Below, one piece after another: positions 1 to 9,642 of a stretch of DNA of 48,315 nt. The stretch is from assembly GCA_964490075.1 (NCBI GenBank), contig CAZBBK010000042.1, positions 1 to 48,315 of the forward strand, written 5' to 3'. The first letter of the stretch is position 1, and each line of letters opens with the position of its first letter. The DNA is from an uncultured Gemmatimonadota bacterium. GTDB lineage: Bacteria > GCA-2686955. The position numbers and the translations under genes were made by a program. The notes under the pieces are model-generated. The model saw only the letters and a list, made by a program, of their open reading frames with translations, was not told the DNA's origin and searched no databases.

Positions 1-19
1 TTTGGACTTGACGATTTCG

Positions 20-48
20 AGCGTGGGAGATTCGGGCGGCGCTGTCAA
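20..48 (-). promoter_or_regulatory. Possible sigma70 promoter pointing off the left edge
   Basis: Minus strand TTGACA (48-43), 17-bp spacer, CACGCT (25-20); the -10 match is weak. Confidence 0.3.
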
Positions 49-396
49 CCCCGTTCGAGCAGGGCCCCGGGAATGGCGCCGGGATCGGGTCTCGGGCTTC
101 AGCACCGATCTTCGCGCCGGCCTAAGCGTCACAGAGAACCAACACTCGGGCGTGACGCGGCACCTCGACAACGAATGCGAGTGGCGCCCCTCCGATGCCT
201 GGCAGGCGGCTACGCAAAGCGCCTCGAGGCGCGCCGCACAGGATGGCGTCGCGGGTTCTTCGAGGGTAGGTGACCATGACGGTCCCGTCTCGGACCTCGA
301 CGGTCTTTGCTTCAGCGCACGGAGCTATCGCCTGCTCGCGCGCCCAACGCACCTGAAGTCGGGCCCCGGCGACCTCGCCGAGACCTCGAAATCGAA

Positions 397-1599
397 TCAG
401 TCCCAGATCGGCCAGGCGTCCACGCGCCCGTAGCCGTAGTTGGACTCTCCGCCGATCGGATCGGCGCTGCGCTGGATATGGGAACGAATGTCGGCCGCAT
501 CCCAGGGCGTCAGCTCGACATAGGCCAGACCGATCGCGGCCGCCAGCGGGGTCGCCATCGAGGTGCCGGAGAGCGAGCGGTAGCCGCCGTCCAGATAGGT
601 CGAGTAGATGTTGCTGCCCGGTGCCACGATCTCGACATTGCCGGAGCGCGTGTGGTCGCCGAATCCGCGCCCGGAGTAGAGCGCGATGCGGCCACAGCTC
701 GCCAGCGCACCGACGCCGATCGCCTCGGTGAAGCTCGCCGGGTAGACCTTCGACGAATTGCCGTGGTTCCCCGCGGCGGCGAAGATCAGCACTCCCGCGT
801 CGGCCGCGCGCTGCAGGGCGCGCTCCACGGTGCGGTCGCGGCCGCCGCCGAGCGACATCGAGATCACGTCGGCGCCGTGCTCGACCGCCCAGTCGACTCC
901 CGCCGCCACGTCCGACCACCAGCCCGCGCCGGAATGGTCCAGCACCTTCACCGGAATCAGCTTGCCGTTGATCACTCCGGCCACACCCACACCGTTGTCG
1001 ATCACCGCCGCGGCGATCCCGGCACAGTGGGTCCCGTGGCCGTTGTCGTCCTCGGCCGTGGCGCGCTCGTTCACGAAGTCCCAGCCCTCGGCCACCAGCA
1101 CGTGCGGCGCCAGATCGGGATGGTCCAGATCGATGCCCGAGTCGACGATCGCCAGCCGTGCCTCGGTGTGCAGGAAACCGACCCGCTCCCAGGCGCGGTC
1201 GAGCTGCACGCAGGCGGGGCCCCACTGGTCGGAGTAGTCGGGATCGTCGGGGCCGGCGGCGGCGTCGGGCCCGTCAGAGGGACCCGCGCCCCCGGCGACG
1301 ATTTCCGGGATGCTCGCCCGGCGATCGACATCCAGGTAGTCGGCGAGCTCCTCGACCTGCGGGTGGCCGATCAGCTGCTCCAGCTCACTCCGCGGCACCA
1401 ACAGGGTCGCCACGTCGAGACGATCCAGGCGGCGAACCGGGGCGGCGCCGAACTCCTCGATCGCCAGCGCCGACAGCTCCGTGACGGCACGGGGCGTGGC
1501 GGCTCCGATGTTGATGCGAACTCGAGGCGCGGCGGCGTGCGCTGCGTGCGCCGCGACCGTCCCCAGACAGATGGCGGCGATGGTTCCAAGCCGATTCAT
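397..1599 (-). CDS. Secreted subtilisin-like S8 serine peptidase
   Basis: Catalytic motifs IVDSG, GHGTHCAG, AAAGN, GTSMATP; signal peptide MNRLGTIAAICLGTVAAHA; GGAG RBS before ATG 1599. Confidence 0.93.
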   Translation of the reverse strand: MNRLGTIAAICLGTVAAHAAHAAAPRVRINIGAATPRAVTELSALAIEEFGAAPVRRLDRLDVATLLVPRSELEQLIGHPQVEELADYLDVDRRASIPEIVAGGAGPSDGPDAAAGPDDPDYSDQWGPACVQLDRAWERVGFLHTEARLAIVDSGIDLDHPDLAPHVLVAEGWDFVNERATAEDDNGHGTHCAGIAAAVIDNGVGVAGVINGKLIPVKVLDHSGAGWWSDVAAGVDWAVEHGADVISMSLGGGRDRTVERALQRAADAGVLIFAAAGNHGNSSKVYPASFTEAIGVGALASCGRIALYSGRGFGDHTRSGNVEIVAPGSNIYSTYLDGGYRSLSGTSMATPLAAAIGLAYVELTPWDAADIRSHIQRSADPIGGESNYGYGRVDAWPIWD

Positions 1600-1628
1600 C
1601 CCTGTCTCCACTGCAGGTTGGCGCGACA

Positions 1629-1808
1629 CCTCGCGGCGCCGCGCGAGTCCGCGCGCCGCCGCGAGGGGGAAGAGCGGGAGCCGCACTTGGATGTCTCGCA
1701 GGGGAGGAGAGACCTCAGGGTCGTCTCACGAGCCGCGGGTGATACGGCTCGAGGGAGGAGGGGACGATCGATCCCTGAGGCGGCTGCAAGTCCATCCAGC
1801 GGTGCGGC
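1629..1808 (-). other. Highly structured putative 5' leader of the S8 protease gene
   Basis: Inverted repeats 1629-1638/1657-1666, 1680-1686/1802-1808, 1688-1693/1793-1798, 1713-1720/1773-1780, 1729-1735/1745-1751. Confidence 0.5.
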
Positions 1809-1826
1809 CACCGGCTGCCCAGGTTC

Positions 1827-1841
1827 GCAACGCTCGTGCCA
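1827..1841 (-). promoter_or_regulatory. sigma54 (-24/-12) promoter for the S8 protease
   Basis: Minus strand TGGCAC-GAGCG-TTGC matches consensus TGGCAC-N5-TTGC; intergenic and correctly oriented. Confidence 0.7.
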
Positions 1842-2016
1842 CATCGAGAGGAGGTCTGATCGGCCGTGCCGCGGCCGGGAGGGTCGACGGGAGCGCCCTG
1901 TGTTGTCACATCTTACGAGGATAGTGGCGAGCGGCGTTCGGCCCCTGCCGCAGACATGGGAGAGTCGCCATCCCTGTGCGGGAGCTGATCAGTTGCTCAC
2001 ATCCGTCACAGAGGCG

Positions 2017-2319
2017 CTATCCGCGCAGCCGCACGATGGTGGCTCCCCATCCGCCGCGGGAGGGCTCCGCATCGAAGAAGCTCTCCACGTCGGGATGGCC
2101 TTCGAGCAGGGCGCGAATCGTGCGTCGCTGCACTCCGCGTCCGCGACCGTGAACGATGCGCACCTCCCGCCAGCCTCGCGTTCGCACCTCCTCCAGGTAG
2201 GAGCGCACCACGTCGCGGGTCTCCGAGGGCCGAAACGAGTGCAGGTCGAGAACCTCTTCGATCGGCAGACGTACCGGCTCCGGTTCGTCCGGGGCACAGC
2301 CCCCCTCTTTCGCCGTCAC
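2017..2319 (-). CDS. Stand-alone Smr-domain protein (about 100 aa)
   Basis: LDLHSF, VRIVHGRGRG and GGWGAT motifs; GTG start overlaps the upstream TGA (GTGA). Confidence 0.88.
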   Translation of the reverse strand: MTAKEGGCAPDEPEPVRLPIEEVLDLHSFRPSETRDVVRSYLEEVRTRGWREVRIVHGRGRGVQRRTIRALLEGHPDVESFFDAEPSRGGWGATIVRLRG

Positions 2320-4157
2320 GCGCCGGCCACTTTCTCTTCCCCCTCGCACTCGCCCCCCAGGTGCGCCGCCAGGAAACGTTCCGCCGCGGCGTAAAAGCGA
2401 AGCTTGTTCTCGGGCCGCTGAAAACCGTGCCCTTCGTCCTCGAACTCCATGTAGTCCACCACCTTGCCCGCCTCTACGAGGGCGTCGCGGATCTGCACGC
2501 TCTCCTCGCGTTTCACGCGCGGGTCGTTGGCCCCCTGCACGATCATCAGGGGCGCGTCGATCCGCTCCACGTGGAAGAGCGGAGAGCGTTGCTCGAGGAA
2601 TTCCCGGTCCCGCTCCGGGTGGCCGACGCGCCGGTGGAGCTGCACCTTGAGCGGCTCCCAGTAGGGCGGCACGGTCTCGATGAAGCTGATCAGATTGGAG
2701 GGACCGACGATGTCGACCCCGCAGGCGTAGAGATCGGGCGTGAAGGTCAGGCCGCCGAGCACCGCGTAGCCGCCGTACGATCCTCCGTAGATGCCCACCC
2801 GGTCGGCGGCGGCGATGCCGCGCTCGACGAGCCAGGCGACCGCGTCGCTCAGGTCGTCTTGCATGCGCCCGCCCCATTCTCGGTCGCCGGCGTTGATGTG
2901 GGCCTTCCCGAACCCGGTCGAGCCGCGGAAGTTGACCTGCAGCACCGCATAGCCACGATTGGCCAGCCATTGGACCTCGGCGCTGTAGCCCCAGGAGTCG
3001 CGCCACCACGGCCCCCCGTGCACCAGCAGGATCGCCGGCAAGTTCCGCGGCTCGCGTCCTTCCGGCAGCGTCAGATAGCCGTGGATCTCTCGTCCGTCGC
3101 GGGCCTGATAGCGGATCGGCTCCATGGCGGCCAGCGGCAGATCGTCGAGCTCGGGACGCGCGGCGAAGAGATAGTCGCCGCGACGGCTCTCACGGTCGTA
3201 GACGTAGTAGCAGACCGAGCCCTGATCGGGCGTGAAGCAGACCAGCCAGATGCGGTCGGCATCGTCTTTGCCGACGATGTCGAAATCGCCGCGGTGCAGA
3301 CCGGCGACGATCCGAAAGTCCTCTTCGATCGCCGGATCGAGCACCTGCCACTCGACGCGATCGGCTTCGAAGGCCACCGCGCGAGCCTGCTTGGTTCTGG
3401 GATGGAGCTCCAACCCCGACACGCTGGCCGTGGCGTGGCTCGCCAGGGTGGTCTGCTCCAAGGTCTCGATGTCGATCTGTCGCAGCTCAGAGCTGTCGGT
3501 GCCGATGCTGCTCATCATGTAGAGGGTGCGATTGTCGCCGGCGAAGCAGAAGGGCATGGTGGTGAGCGCGTCGTCCGACTCCCACTCCACGACCGGCTCC
3601 CAGCGGTCTTCGACGCGGCGCAACATGGCGCGGCCGTCTCCGGCCGTGGTGCTCACCGCGATGCGCGGCCGCAGGTCGTTGTCGACGATCCAGCCGATCG
3701 CCCCGAAGTCGTTCTGCGCGATGCGCCGGCGCTCGCCGCTGCGGGTCTCGACCAGGTAGAGATCGTGCAGGCGCTCGTCTCGGTCGTTCATGGCGATCAC
3801 GATCTCGTCGGGATGATCGCGGTCGGTCTGTAGCGGAAAGGCGGCAACGCCTTTCACCGGGGTCAGGTCGAGCGCGTCCTTCTCGCCCAGCCCGAGCGCG
3901 AAAACATGCCAGTTCTCGTCGCCGTCCTTGTCCTGGACGTAGAGGATCTGCTCGGAGTTGCGCGCCCACATGTACTGGGTGATGCCGCGCCCGCGGTCGC
4001 GGGTGAGCACGGCATCGTCCTGCTTCCCGACGCCGCGCACCCAGACGTTCAGCACTCCTTCGTGGGGAGCGATGTAGGCGAGTCGTTTGCCGTCGGGCGA
4101 GATCTTCGGGGCAATCCTCCGCGGATTGCCAAAGAGCGTGCGGCGCGGAATCAACAT
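2316..4157 (-). CDS. S9 family peptidase (dipeptidyl/acylaminoacyl peptidase)
   Basis: VHGGP, GGSYGG nucleophile, GANDPRV, DEGHGF; N-terminal propeller region; no signal peptide. Confidence 0.93.
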   Translation of the reverse strand: MLIPRRTLFGNPRRIAPKISPDGKRLAYIAPHEGVLNVWVRGVGKQDDAVLTRDRGRGITQYMWARNSEQILYVQDKDGDENWHVFALGLGEKDALDLTPVKGVAAFPLQTDRDHPDEIVIAMNDRDERLHDLYLVETRSGERRRIAQNDFGAIGWIVDNDLRPRIAVSTTAGDGRAMLRRVEDRWEPVVEWESDDALTTMPFCFAGDNRTLYMMSSIGTDSSELRQIDIETLEQTTLASHATASVSGLELHPRTKQARAVAFEADRVEWQVLDPAIEEDFRIVAGLHRGDFDIVGKDDADRIWLVCFTPDQGSVCYYVYDRESRRGDYLFAARPELDDLPLAAMEPIRYQARDGREIHGYLTLPEGREPRNLPAILLVHGGPWWRDSWGYSAEVQWLANRGYAVLQVNFRGSTGFGKAHINAGDREWGGRMQDDLSDAVAWLVERGIAAADRVGIYGGSYGGYAVLGGLTFTPDLYACGVDIVGPSNLISFIETVPPYWEPLKVQLHRRVGHPERDREFLEQRSPLFHVERIDAPLMIVQGANDPRVKREESVQIRDALVEAGKVVDYMEFEDEGHGFQRPENKLRFYAAAERFLAAHLGGECEGEEKVAGA

Positions 4158-4210
4158 GGTGTGGCCTCCAGAATTCGGCGGGAACTTTGTAGTCTACTCC
4201 ACGGAATCGC

Positions 4211-5770
4211 ATGACGCTGCTCTGCGGAGGACCCTTGATTCGACGACTGCTGATCCTGGTCCTGGACGGCGCCACCTGGAGCGTCGCCGAGCCTCTGATC
4301 GAGCGGGGGCGGATGCCGGAGCTGGCGCGGCTCCGCGGCGGGGGACGCTGGGGGGTGCTGCACTCGACCAGCCCTCCGCTCACGCCCGCCGCCTTCGGGT
4401 CGATGTTCACGGGGCTCGGACCGGGTCGCCACGGGGTCTTCGACTTCTTCGGTCACGGGCGCGGCGACTTCCTGAGTCGCCCGCCGACCAGCGCGGCGGA
4501 TCTGGCGGCCCCCACGGTTTGGGAGTGGCTGGCGGCGGCGGGGTGGAAGGTGGGACTGGCCCACCTGCCGATGACCTGGCCCGCGCCCACCGGCGCGCGA
4601 TTCGTGGTCTCGTCGCAGCCCGGCGCCCGCGGGGTCCTCCCGCAGGCCCTGGGCGGCGAGCTGGAGGACGTGGCGCCGGGTCACCTGCTGCCGGCGAGGG
4701 CGCGCTGGCGGCGTGCGGCGGCCATGGCGCGCGCCGAGCGACGCCGGCAGGAGGCCGCACTGCACCTCGCCCGCACCCAGCCCTGGGAAGTGCTGGGCGT
4801 GGGCGTCAAGTCGACCGACGCGATCGCCCACGGCGCCTGGGCGGCCCACGATCCGACCCATCCCGGCCATCGGCCCGGATCCGGCGATCCGCTGGTCGAA
4901 GAGTACCAGCGCGCCGACCGGCTCCTGGGGGAGCTGCGTGCGTGCGCGCCGGATGCAGCCGTTCTGGTCCTCTCCGATCACGGGCACGGCCCCTGTCACC
5001 ACAGCTTTGGGATCAATCGCTGGCTCCTGGAGGCCGGCTTCCTGGCGGTCGAGCGTCGCTGCCGGCGTGTCGTCGAGTCGGCGCTCCGCTATCGCTTGTT
5101 CCGCGCTCGATGTCGCAGCGGCTGGGACTGCTTCGTGAGACTGGTCGATTGGAGCCGCACCCGGGCCTACAGCGGCACCGGCACCGAGCAAGGGATCTAC
5201 CTGAATCTCCAGGGGCGCGAGCCTCGGGGCGTGATCCGACCCGGTGCGGAAGCCTCCGCCACGCTCGACGAGATCGAGGCGGCGCTCGCACCGGTCGCGT
5301 TGCCGAGCGGCCAACCCTTCGGTCGCTGCGGCGCGCGGCGCCGTGAGAGGATCGCCGGGCCCTACGCCTGGCGTGCACCCGACCTGCTGCTGGAGATCGA
5401 CGGGGGTCGGGTACTCGCCCGCGAAGGGCTGCGGCCCGGTCCGCTCTTTCGGCCGACGCCCGGTACTTCGGGCACTCATCGGCCCGAGGGGATCTTCGTC
5501 GCCGGTGGGCCGGGGATCTCCGCCGCGGGGCGTCCACTGCGGGTGTTGCGGGTGGAGGACGTGGCGCCGACGATCGCCGCGCTCTGTGGGGTGGCGGTTC
5601 CTGGTGGACTGGACGGACGCAGCGCGCTGCGGCTGTGGGAATCGTCGGGCGAGACCACCGCGCCCATCGCGGCGCGGCCGAAGGCCCGGGACAGCTGCGA
5701 GTCGGGCGGCGCGAGCGACACGCGCCGGGTGCGCGAGGAACTGCGGAGCTGGGGGTATCTGGAGGACTGA
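4211..5770 (+). CDS. Alkaline phosphatase superfamily protein (type I phosphodiesterase/NPP-like)
   Basis: LDGATW, STSPPLT(Thr nucleophile), PGRHGVFDF, LSDHG, GTHRPEG, LRSWGYL C-terminus; exact start uncertain. Confidence 0.85.
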   Translation: MTLLCGGPLIRRLLILVLDGATWSVAEPLIERGRMPELARLRGGGRWGVLHSTSPPLTPAAFGSMFTGLGPGRHGVFDFFGHGRGDFLSRPPTSAADLAAPTVWEWLAAAGWKVGLAHLPMTWPAPTGARFVVSSQPGARGVLPQALGGELEDVAPGHLLPARARWRRAAAMARAERRRQEAALHLARTQPWEVLGVGVKSTDAIAHGAWAAHDPTHPGHRPGSGDPLVEEYQRADRLLGELRACAPDAAVLVLSDHGHGPCHHSFGINRWLLEAGFLAVERRCRRVVESALRYRLFRARCRSGWDCFVRLVDWSRTRAYSGTGTEQGIYLNLQGREPRGVIRPGAEASATLDEIEAALAPVALPSGQPFGRCGARRRERIAGPYAWRAPDLLLEIDGGRVLAREGLRPGPLFRPTPGTSGTHRPEGIFVAGGPGISAAGRPLRVLRVEDVAPTIAALCGVAVPGGLDGRSALRLWESSGETTAPIAARPKARDSCESGGASDTRRVREELRSWGYLED

Positions 5771-5795
5771 GCCGCCGGCGCGCCGCTCGATCGGC

Positions 5796-6718
5796 TCAGC
5801 GGGGCAGTCTCGCCCACGCGGCGTTTCCAGGCCCGCCGTAGGCGCCGATGTCGGAGCGGCGGCCGTTCGGGGAGCGAGGGGGCCAGCGCGGGTGAGCGTC
5901 CCAGATGCCGTCGTCGAGATCTGGATCGCCGCGGTCGACACAGGAAGAGCCGGGACCGGGGACGTGGTCGAATCGGCCGAGCGAGATCAGCTCGGGATCG
6001 ACGTCGAGGTTCCCCTCTCCGGGCCAGCCACCTTCGATGTTGGACCAGGAGACGGTGGCGACGCCGGCGAGGAAGCAGACATTGTCGCTGGTATTGTCGC
6101 GAACGATCGTGTTGGTGATGGTGGTGTTGCTGTTGAAGGAGTAGATACCTCCGCATCTCCAGGAAAAGCCGCCAGTATTTTCGGCGACGACGCAGTTGGC
6201 GACCACCAGCTCGCCCTCGCCCCAGATGCAGTTGTAGTCGAGGATTGGCCAGTGGTGGAAGGTGAGGCTGTCCTCAGCGTAGAAGCGCACCTGGGGTCCT
6301 GGCCCATTGTTGGCTATTATGTTGCCGAGGATGAGGCCAGGGCAAAGTGCCGGCTCCGGGCGATCGTGAAGCCTTCGAGCACCGCGTCCCGGTCCAGATC
6401 GCGGCCAATCGCCACGATCGCGTCATGTTCGCCCGCGGGCAGCAGAGCGGTCCGAAACGGCCCCTCCGAAGATCGCAAGACCACGCCCGGGGGCAGCTCG
6501 ATGCTCTCGTGGTATACGCAGGGGGCCACGAGCACGGTGTCGCCCGGCGAGGCGAGGGTGAGAGCCTCGCCAATCGTGCCGTAGACCCGGGTCGGGGCGT
6601 CGGTGTTGCCACAGCCGTCCGCCTGGATCGTGACCGCCGGTGCGGCTGCGGGAGTGAGTGCGGCGGTGGCGGCAAGCACCGCCGCGTATTGGATCGGTCT
6701 TGCTGGCACGAAAGCCAA
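5796..6718 (-). pseudogene. Frameshifted right-handed parallel beta-helix (DUF1565-like) secreted protein
   Basis: 5' part has a signal peptide and TIGEAL..ASPGDTVLVAPCVYHE; 3' part in another frame has N-rich repeats and SSCVDRGDP...SDIGAYGGP; frame switch near 6340. Confidence 0.65.
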
Positions 6719-6849
6719 TGAACACGTACTCCTCGGTATCTTGCGGCGAGCCGGCAGGGTGGAGATCGATCGACGCCAGCTTGGCGTGGTCGACGTTTCC
6801 CGAAGTTACATCGAGATCGGTTCCGCTCGCCCCTCGAACTCGCCACCGC

Positions 6850-7059
6850 CGCGAGGTCGAGACGAGCGGAGAGGAACTGGTGGTGACCAGCCACGGCCGC
6901 CCGGCGTTGAAGATCGTTCCCTACGCGGAGTGCAGATCGGCAAACGAGCTCTTCGGGAACGTGCGTGCGCGCATCACCTTGCCCTCCGACGAGGAGCTGA
7001 CGGTTCCGATCCCCGCCGATGCCTTCGCCGACTCCGACCTTCGGGACTACATCTCGTGA
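6850..7059 (+). pseudogene. Phd/YefM-family antitoxin remnant (N-terminus not recognisable)
   Basis: REVETSGEELVVTSHGRPALKIVPY resembles the Phd core; its stop overlaps the GTG of the downstream PIN fragment. Confidence 0.65.
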
Positions 7060-7094
7060 GCCTGGTCCTGGATACCTGCGCCCTGCTCTATTGA
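7056..7094 (+). pseudogene. Truncated VapC/PIN toxin N-terminus
   Basis: GTG-SLVLDTCALLY-TGA resembles the VapC LDTxxLxW start; no PIN-like sequence recognisable after the stop. Confidence 0.6.
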
Positions 7095-7252
7095 TCGTCT
7101 CGTGGTCGCTCTCGCGCGACGCCACGACGCGCGGGTCTGCGCCTCGGATCGAACGATCCTTGGCTGGTTCGAATCCACGATCTGGTAGCCAATACACACC
7201 GAGCGCGCCCGGAGAAACCGAGCGCGCTCGAAGGACGACTGGCCGTCGCGCG

Positions 7253-7960
7253 TCAGTCGACGACCTGAATCGCCTGGGCGAGACCCGCGACGATCGTATC
7301 GAGCGCGCCGCTGTTCTGGATCTCGTCGATCGTGACGTGCCCCGCCTGGGCGTCGAGAGCGAAGAAGTCGATCGGCGCGAGCAGATCGTCGAGCGCGACG
7401 TCGAAGGTGATCGCCGATTCGGAGCCGCCGTCGAGCACCGTGTCGATGCACTCCATCACGAGGCCGAGCGCGGTGCCGGTCCAGACGATCTCGAAGGTGC
7501 GCAGATCGCCGCCGAGGTCGGCGCTGCCTTCGATGCGCAGAGTCTCACCGGAGAGCGGATCGGGCGCCAGGTCGAGTGCGGTGAAGGTGTAGAGGCCGGC
7601 GTTGGCGACGTCGGAGCGCAGCGATTCGACGGGGAGACCGAGCATGTCGAAGAGCACCTGAGGCCCGCTGTAGCTGGCTCCGCTCCCACCGGCGCCGCAA
7701 TCGGGCTGGTTCTCGTAGAAGGGGATCTCAAAATCGGAGCCGCCGTCGACCAGCGTGCCGTCGACCGAGAGCGCGGCCGAGTCGAGCGTGATGTCGGCGC
7801 CCTGGGCGATGATCTGGGCGGCGCCGCTGGCGCTGAGCTGCGTGATCAGGTCCCCGTAGGTCAGGGGATCGTCGTCGCATCCGGCGAGCAGCGAGAAACC
7901 GACGAACATGGTGCTGGTCAGGGCGGCGAAGGCGCGGGTCTTGTTGGGCTTGGAATTCAT
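7253..7960 (-). CDS. Hypothetical acidic lipoprotein
   Basis: Lipobox LLAG-C, GAGG RBS, high-GC3 codon usage. Confidence 0.8.
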   Translation of the reverse strand: MNSKPNKTRAFAALTSTMFVGFSLLAGCDDDPLTYGDLITQLSASGAAQIIAQGADITLDSAALSVDGTLVDGGSDFEIPFYENQPDCGAGGSGASYSGPQVLFDMLGLPVESLRSDVANAGLYTFTALDLAPDPLSGETLRIEGSADLGGDLRTFEIVWTGTALGLVMECIDTVLDGGSESAITFDVALDDLLAPIDFFALDAQAGHVTIDEIQNSGALDTIVAGLAQAIQVVD

Positions 7961-8001
7961 GGCGTGTTACCTCGTGTTGAATCGGGACGGCGCCGACTGA
8001 C

Positions 8002-8017
8002 TGCACGATTCGTGCCG
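8002..8017 (-). promoter_or_regulatory. sigma54-type promoter for lipoprotein 7253-7960
   Basis: Minus strand CGGCAC-GAATC-GTGCA (GG-N10-GC), about 40 bp upstream of the ATG. Confidence 0.55.
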
Positions 8018-8104
8018 TTCCCGACGCGCGCCGATGAATTGCCCGGATCGGCTTGAATTGCCACGATTTAGCGGTCCGCTTCGCAAGCCGATCGGCAACC
8101 GTGG

Positions 8105-8129
8105 AGTCCCACCTGGGGGACACCGCTGT
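8105..8129. promoter_or_regulatory. Candidate enhancer-binding-protein site
   Basis: Imperfect palindrome AGTCCC-N6-GGGACA followed by ccgCTGT; a similar element lies at 22318-22342. Confidence 0.4.
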
Positions 8130-8335
8130 CCTGGCGCAAGCGCGTCATCGCTTGCGTCCCGACGCCCTGGCGTCTAGCCTCCGAGGTTGGGTCAAGGCGT
8201 GCCGGCACAGCGGTATCGAGCCGGTCACGAGGCATCCGTGCTCCGTGGCATGGCGAAGATCGCTTCAGAACATAGCATCGACAAGCATCACCAGACCCCG
8301 ATCCGCGCGGACCGGGGGCAGCCGACGAGGTCATC

Positions 8336-9634
8336 ATGGCGCTATTCGCCGACCGCGTATTCCGCATCGATACCGAGAACGCCTTCAAGATCGGTCCGTA
8401 CATCAAAGGGCTCGAGGACGCGGGGAAGCGGGTCATCAAGTGCAATCTGGGAGAGCCGGATTTCGCCGTGCCGGAGCACATCCGCGGCGAGGTCAAGCGA
8501 CACCTGGATCTCGACAACACCCACTACAACGATCCACAGGGCATCCTGCCGCTGCGCAAGGCGGTCGCCGACCAGATGCGTCGCACGCGCGGGCTGGATG
8601 TCGCTCCGGAACGCGTGGTCTGCTTCCCTGGCGCCAAGCCGCCGATTGGACTCTGCCAGCAGACCTACACCAATCCGGGCGATGAGATCATCTATCCCTC
8701 GCCGGGCTTTCCGATCTACGAGAGCTTCATCGATTACCTCGGAGCCAAGCCGGTTCCTCTCCACCTCGACGAGCAGCAAGGTTTCAGCTTCACCGGCGAG
8801 GATCTGGCGCCCTTGATCGGCGATCGCACCCGATTGATCTATCTAAACTTCCCGTCCAACCCGACCGGCGGAGTGGCGACCCGCGAGCAGCTCGAAGGGA
8901 TCGCGGAGGTCATTCAGACACGGACCGCGCCCGATGTGAGGGTCTACTCCGACGAGGTCTACGAAGACATCCTTTTCGATGGCGCGCAACACTGCTCGAT
9001 CGCGTCGATCCCCGGGATGGCGGATCGCACCATCATCGTCTCCGGCGTCTCCAAGAGCTACTGCTGGACCGGCGGGCGCATCGGCTGGGCGGTGTTCCCC
9101 ACCGAGGAAGAGGCACAGGTCTTCAAGAACCTCAACATCAACTACTTCTCTTGCCTGCCGGCCTACAACCAAGAGGGCGCGCGCGAGGCGCTCGAATCGC
9201 CCCTTTCCCGGCCGATCCTGGCGCAGATGTCGGCCGAGTTCCAACGCCGACGCGATGTGGTGGTCGAGCGACTGAACGCCATCGAGGGCATCAGCTGCCA
9301 GCTCCCGCGCGGGGCCTTCTACGTGTTTCCAAATATCGGTGGCGTGTGCGAGCGAATCGGGGCGATCGATGCCCATCGCCGGCTCTCCGGCGAGGCCTCC
9401 AAGAAGAGCAGTCCGGCCACCCTCTTCCAGATGTTCCTGCTCTTCCGCTACCAGGTCGCAACAATGGACCGCAAGTCATTCGGTCGAATCGGGACCAAGG
9501 GCAAGCACTTCCTGCGAATCTCCATCGCCACGGGGCTCGATGACCTCGAGGAAGCGATGTCGCGCATCGCTGCCGCCGCGGTCGATGTCGAGGGATTCGA
9601 GAGCTTCGTCGCCGACGGACGCTATCTGTACTAG
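8336..9634 (+). CDS. PLP-dependent class I/II aminotransferase (aspartate aminotransferase-like)
   Basis: LGEPDF, NFPSNPTG, SDEVY, SKSYCWTGGRIG (PLP lysine), PRGAFYVF. Confidence 0.92.
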   Translation: MALFADRVFRIDTENAFKIGPYIKGLEDAGKRVIKCNLGEPDFAVPEHIRGEVKRHLDLDNTHYNDPQGILPLRKAVADQMRRTRGLDVAPERVVCFPGAKPPIGLCQQTYTNPGDEIIYPSPGFPIYESFIDYLGAKPVPLHLDEQQGFSFTGEDLAPLIGDRTRLIYLNFPSNPTGGVATREQLEGIAEVIQTRTAPDVRVYSDEVYEDILFDGAQHCSIASIPGMADRTIIVSGVSKSYCWTGGRIGWAVFPTEEEAQVFKNLNINYFSCLPAYNQEGAREALESPLSRPILAQMSAEFQRRRDVVVERLNAIEGISCQLPRGAFYVFPNIGGVCERIGAIDAHRRLSGEASKKSSPATLFQMFLLFRYQVATMDRKSFGRIGTKGKHFLRISIATGLDDLEEAMSRIAAAAVDVEGFESFVADGRYLY

Positions 9635-9642
9635 GAGAGATC

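Noticed and set aside
122-396. Possible short minus-strand ORF fragment after the protease (..KTVEVRDGTVMVTYP..)
   Set aside because: No convincing RBS/start and no recognisable family; cannot be supported
307-2394. Long antisense and alternate-frame ORFs (e.g. 307-2394, 4151-5941, 16809-18797, 33126-35153)
   Set aside because: Shadow ORFs of high-GC coding DNA, Arg/Pro/Ala-rich and overlapping well-supported genes
6080-6345. Possible DGR variable region in the Asn-rich, lower-GC patch
   Set aside because: No reverse transcriptase and no template repeat differing at adenines seen in the window
7092-7094. Selenocysteine or read-through at the TGA of the VapC fragment
   Set aside because: Position corresponds to Trp, and the downstream frame shows no PIN-like sequence
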